Of a stretch of DNA of 64,000 bases, positions 46,601-56,373 are shown one piece after another. Below the pieces are notes generated by a model. The model was given only the letters and a program-made list of their open reading frames with translations, was not told the origin of the DNA and made no database searches. The DNA is from Candidatus Latescibacterota bacterium (lineage in GTDB: Bacteria; Latescibacterota; UBA2968). The position numbers and the translations under genes were made by a program. The stretch lies in the NCBI GenBank assembly GCA_965116885.1, contig OZ220741.1, positions 2,016,001 to 2,080,000 on the forward strand. Direction: 5' to 3'. The first letter of the stretch is position 1. Each line of letters opens with the position of its first letter.

Positions 46601-48073
46601 TTATGGATGTCGGTATTTGTTTCCAAATTTTTCGCGCAGTAAGACCGCGCCTTCTGCACGGTCGGTTTCTGCAAGGCGGTCGCAATAGTCTTCGAAAGCT
46701 CCCCAGGTGTGCATTGGTCCGCCTTCTTGCATGACTGTCCAGAGGGGGTCGTTGTCGTAGGGCCGCGGCATGGTTTCCATCATGTGGTCGTGCCAGTTCA
46801 TCAGCCGATACGCAGCCTCGCGGCATATATCGGGATTTTCAGCGGCTACGTCGCGCATTTCATAGGGGTCGTCTGATAGATTAAATAATAATTCGCGCGG
46901 GTAAAGTCGATATCCGTCGTGATAGGTGCGGATGTAGATCCAGTCGTCAAAGCGGACAGCCCGCTGACATACATGCGCGCACTGGCTCAAGATCAATTCG
47001 CTGCGCCCGGCATCTGCGCCTTCGGTAATGACCGGGGCATAACTTTCGCCATCCCACAACGCCTGTTTTTGCCCGCATAGAAGATCGGATAGTGTGGGCG
47101 CTAAATCAATATTGTAATGCAGGCCCTCGTCTGTGATTCCAGACTGCCCGCCGGGCCATTTTACGATCATAGGAATATGGCAGGTCGCCTGATCGGCTGT
47201 TCCGTGTTCGCCGTATATGCCGAGTTCGCCCATGTTTTCGCCGTGATCTGCGCTGATGATGATCGCGGTGTCGTCCAGTACGCCTTTGTTTTCTAATATT
47301 TCCACAATGATGGCAATTTGATCATCTACGTACCGGATCGCGGTGTCATATCCATCGATCATCCGTCGCAGGTCGTCCATGTTGTCCAGGCGCCCGGGGT
47401 GCCGGGGAAAGCGCGGATTGGGGCGGTCGTTCCACATCATAATGTCCTGCGCGGTGTGGGGACCGACGAGTTTTTTGTGTTCTTCCAGTAATTCGGGGGT
47501 CAGCCAGTCCGGCAGGGGGTCATCGGCAAAGGGTTCGCCGTATTCCGCTGGCGCGCGATAGGGTGTGTGTACATCCCAGTAGTTGATGTGTAAAAACCAT
47601 TTGTCGTCCGAGGCATTGTCATTTAGCCACTTTTCGACTACAGGTGTTACTTCTTCGGCTGATTCCATGCCGCCTTTGCCGGTGTTGTGTATTTCGTTGA
47701 AGCCCGCGTAAAAATGCCACGCGGCATGCCGCTGTCCAAAGGGGCTGATCATGGATGTTTTAAAGCCCTGACGTTGCAGGAATCCGGCCAGTCCCTCGTT
47801 TGCCAGTCGATCTCGAAATCCGCGGTTTGGTCCATTTATGCGCCGTTCTGACGCTGTGCCGCCGTGCCCTACGACGCCCGAATGAATGCCGAATTGCCCG
47901 GAGTAAAATGCCGTGCGCGATGGCAAGCAGGGTGCGTCTGTTGTATAGACCTGGTTAAATCGAATGCCTTCGGCTGCAATTTTGTCGATTGTAGGCGATG
48001 TGTTGCGGTGATATCCGTAACAGCCGAGGTGTGTGGGATTTAAGGCGTCGAGATCGAGGTACAGGATGCGCAT
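46601..48073 (-). CDS. Cys-type sulfatase
   Basis: TPTIDKIA; CLPSR formylglycine motif; ADHGE; HIPMIVKWPG; ELLFNL..DPYE. Confidence 0.93.
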   Translation of the reverse strand: MRILYLDLDALNPTHLGCYGYHRNTSPTIDKIAAEGIRFNQVYTTDAPCLPSRTAFYSGQFGIHSGVVGHGGTASERRINGPNRGFRDRLANEGLAGFLQRQGFKTSMISPFGQRHAAWHFYAGFNEIHNTGKGGMESAEEVTPVVEKWLNDNASDDKWFLHINYWDVHTPYRAPAEYGEPFADDPLPDWLTPELLEEHKKLVGPHTAQDIMMWNDRPNPRFPRHPGRLDNMDDLRRMIDGYDTAIRYVDDQIAIIVEILENKGVLDDTAIIISADHGENMGELGIYGEHGTADQATCHIPMIVKWPGGQSGITDEGLHYNIDLAPTLSDLLCGQKQALWDGESYAPVITEGADAGRSELILSQCAHVCQRAVRFDDWIYIRTYHDGYRLYPRELLFNLSDDPYEMRDVAAENPDICREAAYRLMNWHDHMMETMPRPYDNDPLWTVMQEGGPMHTWGAFEDYCDRLAETDRAEGAVLLREKFGNKYRHP

Positions 48074-48153
48074 AGATGTTCCTTTTCTGTTTTGGTTAGT
48101 TTAAGGGATAATTTACCTTTAAAATCGTTTCTTAGCAAGTTTATCAGTGGTCT

Positions 48154-48233
48154 GTAGGGGACGGCCCCTGTGCCGTCCCGCACGACCACCTGTGTCTGAC
48201 CTTCTGCGGGCGACCACAGGGGGTCGCCCCTAC
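48154..48233. repeat. GTAG-family REP doublet, copy 3 (units in the opposite order)
   Basis: GTAGGGGACGGCCCCTGTGCCGTCCCG ... CGGGCGACCACAGGGGGTCGCCCCTAC. Confidence 0.85.
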
Positions 48234-48307
48234 AAAACGGATTAACTTGACGGATCGGCCCGTTGACATTATCCTGCATCGCACAAACAATAGCGAGGAG
48301 GCCGCAG

Positions 48308-49111
48308 ATGATAGAGCCGACAATTTCTCTTTCACAGGAACAAATTCATTCATTTCACGAGGATGGATTCCTCGTTCTCAATGCGATTACCACGGAGGAG
48401 GAGGTGGAACAGCTTCGGGAAATTTACGATCGGCTTTTTTCGGATCGCACGGGGTGGGATCAGGGGAGTCAGTTTGATCTGGCGGGTACCGATGAGGATG
48501 ATCAACCACGCCTTCCGCAAATGCTCGGTCCCAGCCGTTTTGCGCCCGAGTTGAAGGATACGCTCTATCTGGCTAATGCGCGGGCGATTGCGCGGCAGTT
48601 GCTGGGTTCTGATATGCTCGATAGGAATGGCGAACATATGATTTACAAGCCGCCGCGTATTGGTGCGGCAACGCCGTGGCATCAGGATCAGGCGTATCAC
48701 GATCCTGCGATGGCGTATAAAGGTGTAAATTTCTGGATGCCGCTGGACGATGCGACGGTTGAGTCGGGTTGTTTGCAGTTTATTCCGGGTAGCCACAAGC
48801 TCGATGTTTTGCCGCATCACAGCATTAACCGGGATCCGCGCATTCACGGTCTTGAGGTTGATGATCCCGAACAGTATGCTGAACGGGCAGTTCCCTGTCC
48901 TGTTGCGGCTGGTGGGGCTTCGCTTCACGCGTGTTATATGCTGCATTACGCAGAGCCAAATCGCACAGATGTTCCGCGGAGGGCTTATACGCTTACGTTC
49001 AGGACGCCACCCCAGACGCGCGATAAACCCGTTGATGCATATTGGCAAAAGAACAAACAGACGGCGCGGCAAACAAGGGCGAATGCGTATCAAACAAGGG
49101 GTTCTATGTAG
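48308..49111 (+). CDS. PhyH family dioxygenase
   Basis: FHEDGFL; PWHQD; WMPLDD; FIPGSH; LHYA; GAGGAGG RBS. Confidence 0.93.
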   Translation: MIEPTISLSQEQIHSFHEDGFLVLNAITTEEEVEQLREIYDRLFSDRTGWDQGSQFDLAGTDEDDQPRLPQMLGPSRFAPELKDTLYLANARAIARQLLGSDMLDRNGEHMIYKPPRIGAATPWHQDQAYHDPAMAYKGVNFWMPLDDATVESGCLQFIPGSHKLDVLPHHSINRDPRIHGLEVDDPEQYAERAVPCPVAAGGASLHACYMLHYAEPNRTDVPRRAYTLTFRTPPQTRDKPVDAYWQKNKQTARQTRANAYQTRGSM

Positions 49112-49123
49112 TTGTTTATTTGG

Positions 49124-49212
49124 ACCTACCCCCCTAACCCCCCTTCCTACGAGGAAGGGGGGATCAGGTCTCCCCTCCCCGTCTCGGGGAGGGGCCGGGG
49201 GAGGGGTCAGAA
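49124..49212. repeat. C/G-run palindromic repeat, copy 2 (doublet)
   Basis: CCCCCTTCCT-ACG-AGGAAGGGGG hairpin followed by the 45-nt unit shared with 29153. Confidence 0.85.
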
Positions 49213-49223
49213 AAGGAGATTTT

Positions 49224-50231
49224 ATGAAAGTTCTCGTTACAGGCGCCGCCGGTCAGGTCGGTTGCCGACTGGTGCGCCAGTTGCTTGACCAAAATTGTGA
49301 AGTGCGGGGGACTATTCTTCCCGACGATCCCGCGCGCAGCCGTCTCGACGGTGTCGATATTGAGTTGCGCGAGGGGGATTTGACGGATTTATCTTATGTT
49401 AAAGATGCTGTCGAGGGCGTGGATGCGGTTATTCATACCGCCAATCTCGTCGGTCCGCATTTTGAACTCAACAATCAGATCAATATCCAGGTTACACGCG
49501 CGTGTGAGGGCGTTGCCGATCGTCTCGAACGCTATGTTTATACCAGTTCTTCGGGTGTGTTTCCCAATAATGGCGAAAATGTTCCGTGTGCTTATCACCC
49601 GGTGGATGAATTGCATCCCAAACGGCCGGATGGCGAGTATTCTATGTCCAAGTATTTCGGCGAGGTGATGGCAGAACGCGCGAATCGGGAGACGGGTTTG
49701 CGCTATTCGATTGTGCGTCCGAGTCACGTTTTGTCCGGGACTAAAATTTTGAACCAGTTCAGTGTTGCGCGCGTGGTCAATTTGTTGAAGAAAAGTCAGG
49801 AAAGACCCGGTACTGAACTCTATATGGCCGATGGTACAGAACTGTGGCACGATATCGAAGATAGGGCGGTTTCTCCGCAGCAACCGTGTAGTATTACGGA
49901 TGAGGACGGACGCCCATGGCTTTATCAACCGCAGGATGCCCGCGATATTGCCCATTGTCTGGTTTGTGCGCTGAATTCTGGCGCAGCACTGGGTGAGTCG
50001 TTCAATGCCGGCGCGCCAGAGCCTTTTCCTTTTACCGAAGGGGCGCGGTTGATTGGAGAAAGAAGAGGGGTTGATCCGCTTGAGGTCAGGGTTCCGCTAC
50101 AGTATATGTATGACCATGCGATTGGCAAGGCGAAGAGTCTGATTGATTATCGTCCGCAAGGCGATTTGAATGCGATGATTGAGTCGGCTTTTGCGTGTGA
50201 AGAAGGTGCGACGGATTATACCTGGGATTGA
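49224..50231 (+). CDS. NAD-dependent epimerase/dehydratase
   Basis: VLVTGAAGQVG; YSMSK; AAGGAG RBS. Confidence 0.92.
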   Translation: MKVLVTGAAGQVGCRLVRQLLDQNCEVRGTILPDDPARSRLDGVDIELREGDLTDLSYVKDAVEGVDAVIHTANLVGPHFELNNQINIQVTRACEGVADRLERYVYTSSSGVFPNNGENVPCAYHPVDELHPKRPDGEYSMSKYFGEVMAERANRETGLRYSIVRPSHVLSGTKILNQFSVARVVNLLKKSQERPGTELYMADGTELWHDIEDRAVSPQQPCSITDEDGRPWLYQPQDARDIAHCLVCALNSGAALGESFNAGAPEPFPFTEGARLIGERRGVDPLEVRVPLQYMYDHAIGKAKSLIDYRPQGDLNAMIESAFACEEGATDYTWD

Positions 50232-51250
50232 AGGCGCGTTCGCAAGGCATCTATCAGATTATCTGATGGTTCGCAGGGGAGTTCTACGGGCCGATGTTCC
50301 AATGCGCTTGTGTAGATTCCCAGGATGATGTTGAAGTCGCGCAAGGCGAGATTGTGGTTCAGGGGATGGACTTTTGTGTCGTCTTCTATCCATTGTAGCA
50401 TGGCGTCTGTCATGGCGGCTTGTCCGAGTATGTCTTCGTCCGGGTATTCGTGCGTGCCCCGTTCTATGTGGCCATCGATGCCTGTTTCCCACGACCACAT
50501 GGTCCAGTGTACATATCCCCGCGTGCCATAGGCGGCGATCCGCTTGTGGACATTGGTGCGGTCTTCATTTGTTACGCGGGGGGCATAAGGTCCCGAGATG
50601 AGTTGGGCGCGCAGGCCATCGGCGTATTCTATTGCTCCGATGCACTGGTCGGGCGCGAAGTGCTTTTTGGGCGTGTCTTCCAGGCCGTCTGTGCCAGAGG
50701 CTTGTCCCATTACTTTTGTGGGGAGGCCGTCTGGATGAAAGGCGGCAATGGATTGTAGCGCATGGGTGCCCTGATACGCCAGGTTCATGCCGCAACTCGC
50801 TTCGATAAATCGGATGTCGCCGATTTTTCCCTCCTGTACAATATTTTGCAAATGCTGTCTGCGCGGGTGAAAGTGTAGCTGGTGATTTACCGCGATTTTG
50901 GTTTTTGCGGTTGCTGCAAAGTTTTTGATCGCGCGCCAGTCTTCTCCCTGAATTGCTATGGGTTTTTCCACGAGGACAGCGGGTACTCCGGCGTTTTCCG
51001 CGGCTTCGAATACTTCCAGTCGCACACTGGGCGGGGTATTTACGTGTACCAGGTCTGGCTGTTCTTTTTCAAACATTTCCCGATAGTCCAAATACCTTAT
51101 ATCGACGTCAAATGTATCGCCAAATGCGTGCAGATTTTCTTCTGTTCGCGTGGAGATTGCGGCGAGTTTGCCGTGCGTTACGTGTCGATACGCTTCCGCC
51201 AACCCCCGCGCGCGTCCGCCGCTTACGCCGATTATTGCACATTTAAGCAT
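50216..51250 (-). CDS. Gfo/Idh/MocA oxidoreductase
   Basis: AIIGVSG; YLDYREM..PDLV; VEKPIA; HAL. Confidence 0.9.
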   Translation of the reverse strand: MLKCAIIGVSGGRARGLAEAYRHVTHGKLAAISTRTEENLHAFGDTFDVDIRYLDYREMFEKEQPDLVHVNTPPSVRLEVFEAAENAGVPAVLVEKPIAIQGEDWRAIKNFAATAKTKIAVNHQLHFHPRRQHLQNIVQEGKIGDIRFIEASCGMNLAYQGTHALQSIAAFHPDGLPTKVMGQASGTDGLEDTPKKHFAPDQCIGAIEYADGLRAQLISGPYAPRVTNEDRTNVHKRIAAYGTRGYVHWTMWSWETGIDGHIERGTHEYPDEDILGQAAMTDAMLQWIEDDTKVHPLNHNLALRDFNIILGIYTSALEHRPVELPCEPSDNLIDALRTRLQSQV

Positions 51251-51267
51251 TGAGTTCTTCCTCCAAA

Positions 51268-51352
51268 AGTCAGTAGTCAGTAGTCAGTCCAACCAGTCCC
51301 CAGTCCCTCTTTTTTATCTGCATTTATCTGCGTTTATCTGCGTCATCTGCGG
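51268..51352. repeat. Short tandem repeats (AGTCAGT x3; CCAGTCC x2; TTATCTGCGT-like x4)
   Basis: AGTCAGTAGTCAGTAGTCAGT; TTATCTGCATTTATCTGCGTTTATCTGCGTCATCTGCGG. Confidence 0.75.
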
Positions 51353-51354
51353 AT

Positions 51355-52374
51355 TCATGCCCACGGTTTCAATACGACTTTTGCACATTCGCCCGTGGTT
51401 TGCAATTCCCAGGCTTTTTGTACGTCTTCGAGTGAGAATGTGTGTGAGATCATCCGGTTCAATTTGTCTGTGTTTGCGCGGACGACTTGCATGAGTTTTG
51501 GTACGTCTTTTAAGTTGTAATGCCAGGAGCCGACGAGTGTGATGCCTTTTCGGATCATGTCCTGGCTGATGCGCAAGGGGGTGTCTTCTCCGCATTCGCC
51601 GACGAATGCGACCTGTCCGCGCCGTCGCACGGTGTCGATGCACATGCGGTGTGCAGATACGGCGCCCGAGCAATCTACGGCGGCATCTACGCCAATGCCG
51701 TTGGTGAGGTCCATTATTTGTTGCAGGGCGTTTTCTTCGAGGGGATCGATTGCTTCGTCTGCGCCCAGTTCGAGTGCTTTTTCGCGCCGATAGGGGTTGA
51801 TATCTACGGCTATTACACGTGCGCCCAGGTGTTTGCCGTTGATTACGCCTCCAAGTCCCACGGGACCGAGTCCGGTGACCATGAATGTGTCGTAGGCGTT
51901 TATTTGCATGCGCTGTATGGCGCCAAATGTGGGACCCAGGCCGCAGCAGGCCATTCCGCCGTGTTCGTAAGAGACGTCGTCTGGGATTTTTGGGAGTAGC
52001 CAGTCGGGTTTCAGGAGGTACTGCGCCATGGTGGCTCGGCCTTCGTTTCTACCCGTGAATTCGGCGAAGTTTGCGCTTTGTTGACAGTGGATATAATCGC
52101 CGCTGATACACAATGGGCAGGTACCACACGGATATTGGGGCATTACGGCTACGCGGTCGCCTACTGATACGCGCCCGGGTTGGGCGATTTCGACGACTTC
52201 ACCGGCTGCTTCGTGTCCCAGGGAGGTGGTTTCTCTGCCACCTGTAAATCCTTTGTATTCTGTACACATCGGCGCGGCGTGAACTTTTACCAGTACCCAG
52301 TTGTCTTTTGGCTTTGGGTCTGGTACGTCTATGACGCCGCCTTTGCGTTCACCAAATATTGCAGCTGCTTTCAT
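51355..52374 (-). CDS. Zinc-dependent alcohol dehydrogenase (MDR family)
   Basis: C..GHE..G; CGTCPLC..C structural Zn site; GLGPVG. Confidence 0.95.
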   Translation of the reverse strand: MKAAAIFGERKGGVIDVPDPKPKDNWVLVKVHAAPMCTEYKGFTGGRETTSLGHEAAGEVVEIAQPGRVSVGDRVAVMPQYPCGTCPLCISGDYIHCQQSANFAEFTGRNEGRATMAQYLLKPDWLLPKIPDDVSYEHGGMACCGLGPTFGAIQRMQINAYDTFMVTGLGPVGLGGVINGKHLGARVIAVDINPYRREKALELGADEAIDPLEENALQQIMDLTNGIGVDAAVDCSGAVSAHRMCIDTVRRRGQVAFVGECGEDTPLRISQDMIRKGITLVGSWHYNLKDVPKLMQVVRANTDKLNRMISHTFSLEDVQKAWELQTTGECAKVVLKPWA

Positions 52375-52472
52375 TTTTACCTCCAGAATGGGGTTGACAA
52401 GGGTCATGTCTCGCTATTCATTCACATTCGATAGAATATTTCGAACGATAGAGTTCAATGGGAGAATATGTT

Positions 52473-53552
52473 ATGAACAAACCCATCCGCATGGCCGTGG
52501 TCGGTGTTGGGCGCATTGGCGTTTTTCACGCCCGGCATGTTCAGGAACTCGCCCGGGAAACGGGTGTGTGTGAACTCGTCGCTGTGTCCGATACTTATGG
52601 CGATACGGCCAGTCGCGTTGCAGCAGCGCTTCGGGCAGATCAGACGACGGAGATTCACGCGTTTAACGATGTGTCTGATCTGACGTCGTCAAATTTGATC
52701 GATGCCGCGCTTGTTGCGTCGCGCACAGAAGATCACGAACGCGATGCGCGCGTGCTTGTTGACGCGGGTTGTCGCGTGCTTTTGGAGAAGCCGCTGACTC
52801 ATTCGCTCGCGTCTGCCGAGGCTTTTGTTGCCGATTTGAATCGGGATCCCAGAAGGAAAAATGCGCTGATGCTGGCTTTTATGCGCCGGTTTGACGCTCC
52901 GTTGTTGAGGGCAAAAGCGTTGTTGGAACAAAACGCTATTGGCAATGTGTTCAAAATTGTTTCGGTTCTGGAAGATCCAATTCCACCGCCGGATGGCTAT
53001 AATAGCGCGGGTTTGCTCAGCGATATGGCTGTTCACAATTGCGACGAGATTCTCTGGTTGCTCGGCGGTCCTATGCCGGAATATGTCGCCGCGTTTGGGT
53101 CCAATCTTTACAATTGTACGATCAGTACTGTTGAAGAGGATTACGACGATGCTTTTTTGCAGATGTGGTTTCCCGGTCGCTTAATCGGTCAGGTTATGGT
53201 CAGTCGCAATCACGTTGCGGGATATCGCAATGCGACCTGGATTTATGGCGATGGCGGGGTGATTCACGTGGGGCATTTTCAGGAGGATCCGCACAAGGTT
53301 GAGGTGGAGGCTTATGGTCGCGATGGTGTGATCCATAAAGAATCTATTTCTTTGCGGGATTACGGTCCCGATGTGCCCGTTTTTATTACCCGTTTTGGCG
53401 AGTCGTATAAGAATGAACTCGCGTATTTTATTACGCAGTGTATCGACGATGCGCCGTTTAGCGTTACGCACGAAGATGGTCTCAATGCGATGCGCGTTGC
53501 CATTGCTGGGGGCGAGGCGATATGTCCTGTGGAAGACGCGAGAAGGGTGTGA
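52473..53552 (+). CDS. Gfo/Idh/MocA oxidoreductase (inositol 2-dehydrogenase-like)
   Basis: VVGVGRIG; LEKPL; FMRRFD; DMAVH. Confidence 0.9.
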   Translation: MNKPIRMAVVGVGRIGVFHARHVQELARETGVCELVAVSDTYGDTASRVAAALRADQTTEIHAFNDVSDLTSSNLIDAALVASRTEDHERDARVLVDAGCRVLLEKPLTHSLASAEAFVADLNRDPRRKNALMLAFMRRFDAPLLRAKALLEQNAIGNVFKIVSVLEDPIPPPDGYNSAGLLSDMAVHNCDEILWLLGGPMPEYVAAFGSNLYNCTISTVEEDYDDAFLQMWFPGRLIGQVMVSRNHVAGYRNATWIYGDGGVIHVGHFQEDPHKVEVEAYGRDGVIHKESISLRDYGPDVPVFITRFGESYKNELAYFITQCIDDAPFSVTHEDGLNAMRVAIAGGEAICPVEDARRV

Positions 53553-53559
53553 CATACGT

Positions 53560-54420
53560 CTAACACGTTACGTCCTTGCCTTCGCTGCCATAGACGGCGA
53601 GGCGTTCTTCTGAAGAAATTTCCTCTATGGATCCGGGGATGTAATGCAGTTGCAGGGCGCGGCGACGTCGGTTTGATCGATTTTCCGGGGAGCCGTGGTG
53701 CAGTCGGCCGTGCCAGAGCAATACGCCGCCGGGTTGCAGGGCTACTGCGGTGATGTGGTTGCGGACAACGTCGGTGTCGCATATTTGCCAGTCGCGTCTT
53801 TTGAAATGTATGACGGGACCTGCGCGATGGCTTTGGGGGATGACGTGCATGCATCCATTTTCGGGATCCGCGGGGTCGAGGGCAACCCAGGCGCTGACGA
53901 TGCAGGTGTGCATGGGCACGTTAAAGTAGGCGTGGTCCTGGTGCCAGGGTTTTTCGCGTCCAATGCCGGGTGGTTTTAGCATGGCCTGGTTGGCGAATAA
54001 TTTGGGGGGTTCGCCCATGATGCGGGTCAAGATATTGAGTAGTCGAGGGTCTTCGCCAAATGCGTCCAGGCGCGGGTCGAATCCGACAAATCGGGTGAGT
54101 TTTCGCACGAGTAGTTCGCGGGCGTGACCCACTGAGCGTTTGACCTGTTTGGCGCGTCCGCGCTCGAATTGTACGCCACGGAATTCGCGGTTTTGCCCCG
54201 CTATCAATTCTTTTACTGCGGCCATGCCGTCGTTGACCTGTGCGCTGGAATATGCGCTCTGTATTGGCAAAAAGCCCTGTGCGTGAAATTGTGCGATGTG
54301 TTCGTCGCTTACGTTTTCAAAGCCGTCAACGCATTCGGCGATGCGGGCGTATTTGTAGAGCGCGGGGTCGTATTCGCCAGGCTCGTACGTGTCTTGCAGG
54401 GTATCTGTTTCTTCTTTCAT
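53560..54420 (-). CDS. PhyH family dioxygenase
   Basis: KPWHQD; WVALD..ENGCM; HHGS. Confidence 0.93.
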   Translation of the reverse strand: MKEETDTLQDTYEPGEYDPALYKYARIAECVDGFENVSDEHIAQFHAQGFLPIQSAYSSAQVNDGMAAVKELIAGQNREFRGVQFERGRAKQVKRSVGHARELLVRKLTRFVGFDPRLDAFGEDPRLLNILTRIMGEPPKLFANQAMLKPPGIGREKPWHQDHAYFNVPMHTCIVSAWVALDPADPENGCMHVIPQSHRAGPVIHFKRRDWQICDTDVVRNHITAVALQPGGVLLWHGRLHHGSPENRSNRRRRALQLHYIPGSIEEISSEERLAVYGSEGKDVTC

Positions 54421-54442
54421 AACAACCTCCTTGGGAGATCTT

Positions 54443-55219
54443 ATGCTTGATCTCGAACTTATTGAACCGTCAGAAGTTGACCGCGCTGCCTCTGTTTTTC
54501 ACCGCGATGGGCTTGCCGTTGTGACGGAGGCGCTGACCGATGAGCAGTTCGCTTTTCTGAAGGATGGCGCGCATCGCGTCGTTGCGGAGCAGACGAGCGC
54601 GATTCCGCTGGAGAAGGCGAACAGGGGGTTTGCGCGTTATTCGTTTGGTTCGCAGATCCATCATCCCGAATGGGCGATGCTGGTTGATCTGCCTACTATT
54701 CTACCTATTATTGAAGCTATTTTCAATAGTAATCAGTTTGTGTGCAGTGGTGCTGGCGGCGATTATTCGCTGCCGGGGGCAAAAATTCAGCATTTGCACC
54801 GCGATATGCCCGATTTGATCAATGATCCCGAGCAGCGGGTGACGATTATGGATGTTCCAGTGCCGTTTATTGTGGTCAATTTTCCGATGATTGATTTTAG
54901 TGTGGAGAATGGGGCTACGCGCTTTATCCGAGGTACTCACCGCTCGCGCCAGTCGATTCCCAGTCTGGAGGATGAACCCGATTGGATGAAGCATTCCGTG
55001 GCTTGCGCGCCGAGTAAGTCGGCGATTTTTCGAGATGTGCGCTGCTGGCACGGGGGGACGGCCAATATGTCTCGGGATGTGCGTATTATGACGAGTGTGG
55101 GCTATTACGCGCCCTGGTTTCGCCGACCCGGTCGAGATGGCGAGATGCCCCGCGCGATTTACGATTCTCTGTCAGAGCGCGGTAAAGCGCTGTGTCAGTC
55201 TATTGTGGCGTTGGAGTAA
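54443..55219 (+). CDS. PhyH family dioxygenase
   Basis: FHRDG; QHLHRD; ENGATR..GTH; WHGGTAN. Confidence 0.92.
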   Translation: MLDLELIEPSEVDRAASVFHRDGLAVVTEALTDEQFAFLKDGAHRVVAEQTSAIPLEKANRGFARYSFGSQIHHPEWAMLVDLPTILPIIEAIFNSNQFVCSGAGGDYSLPGAKIQHLHRDMPDLINDPEQRVTIMDVPVPFIVVNFPMIDFSVENGATRFIRGTHRSRQSIPSLEDEPDWMKHSVACAPSKSAIFRDVRCWHGGTANMSRDVRIMTSVGYYAPWFRRPGRDGEMPRAIYDSLSERGKALCQSIVALE

Positions 55220-55257
55220 AAGCGGAATAGGGTCCTGCGCCAGCAGTTTATCATAAT

Positions 55258-55285
55258 GTAGGGGGGGTGCCCCCGTGCCCGCCCG
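55258..55285. repeat. Degenerate GTAG-family REP
   Basis: GTAGGGGGGGTGCCCCCGTGCCCGCCCG. Confidence 0.55.
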
Positions 55286-55328
55286 TTGGGGTGGCAGAGT
55301 GGAATTAATTTGGATAAGGAGGCAAATA

Positions 55329-56357
55329 GTGAAACTGGTCGTTCTTTCCTACAGTCACCACGGACGCGGTATGGCGCGTACGGCGCACGGTCTCGGTCAC
55401 GATATTGTCGGTGTTATGGATGGCGATGCAGGTCCCCGGCAACAGTTGGCAGAGGAGTTCCATTGCCGTGGGTTTGAGACGGCTGGTGCGTGTCTCGATG
55501 CGTGTCAGCCAGATGCGGCGCTTGTTGCGGGGAAACACGTCGAGATGCCGTCTCATGTGCAGGCGTGTGTGGATCGCCGCGTTCCCTATCTTCTGGATAA
55601 GCCGTTTGCCGATTGTGCCGATCGCTTGCGTCCCGTTGCGGAGGCTTCGGAGAAGTACGGGGTGTTCAGTGCGTTGGTGTTGCCCAATCGCGCGAGCCGA
55701 ATTGTCCGCGTGGTGGAAGATATGGTGGCAGATGGCAGTTTGGGCGATCTGGTGCTGTATAATAGCAGGTTGAATAATGGTCCTCCGTCCCGCTATGATC
55801 CGACGCCGTCAGCATGGCATAATGATCCGGGTATTTCCGGTGGTGGTTGCTGGGCTGTCGAGGCGGCGCATGGGATTGATACGTTTTTGCAGTTTGTTGG
55901 TGATCGGCGTGTTTCTGTAGTTGGTGCAGTTATGTCCAATGCGATGTACAGCCGGGGGGTGGAGGATAGCGGTGTCGGCGTGTTGCGTACGGATGACGGT
56001 ATTACCGGGATTGTTGAGTCTGGTTATTCTTATCCGGCGGGTACGCGCAGTGGGGATCATTTTTTTAGATTTATTGGTACAAAGGCTTCGGTTTTTGAGC
56101 AGTACGGTCGCAATGGCGAGTCTTTGATTGAGGTTCACACGACGGAGGGCGTCCAGTTTTGCGAGGATATTTCGCACGGGGAGCGCATGGAGCGGGTGAT
56201 GGGCAAGGCGTTAGACGCGAGCCGTGAGGGCAATGCGTTTGAGCCGACGATTGTTGATGCGGTGCGTATTCTCGAGATTCAGGATGCTGTTTATGCCCAT
56301 GCGCGCCAGGGTGTGATGACCCATGGTCCGCATCCGATGGGGGCGCAAGGTTTTTGA
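55329..56357 (+). CDS. Gfo/Idh/MocA oxidoreductase
   Basis: LDKPF; SGGG..EAAHGID; VED; GTG start after AAGGAGG. Confidence 0.88.
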   Translation: MKLVVLSYSHHGRGMARTAHGLGHDIVGVMDGDAGPRQQLAEEFHCRGFETAGACLDACQPDAALVAGKHVEMPSHVQACVDRRVPYLLDKPFADCADRLRPVAEASEKYGVFSALVLPNRASRIVRVVEDMVADGSLGDLVLYNSRLNNGPPSRYDPTPSAWHNDPGISGGGCWAVEAAHGIDTFLQFVGDRRVSVVGAVMSNAMYSRGVEDSGVGVLRTDDGITGIVESGYSYPAGTRSGDHFFRFIGTKASVFEQYGRNGESLIEVHTTEGVQFCEDISHGERMERVMGKALDASREGNAFEPTIVDAVRILEIQDAVYAHARQGVMTHGPHPMGAQGF

Positions 56358-56373
56358 AAAAGAGGAGATTACT

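Noticed and set aside
24566..48233. CRISPR array made of the ~27-nt palindromic repeats
   Set aside because: Copies are dispersed inverted doublets with GTAG ends, not regularly spaced direct repeats, and there are no cas genes
48750..49223. N-terminal extensions in the ORF track (also 24468-24674, 30576-30659, 60974-61129, 62028-62243)
   Set aside because: They run through repeats or neighbouring genes, and downstream starts have clear SD sequences and family-typical N-termini
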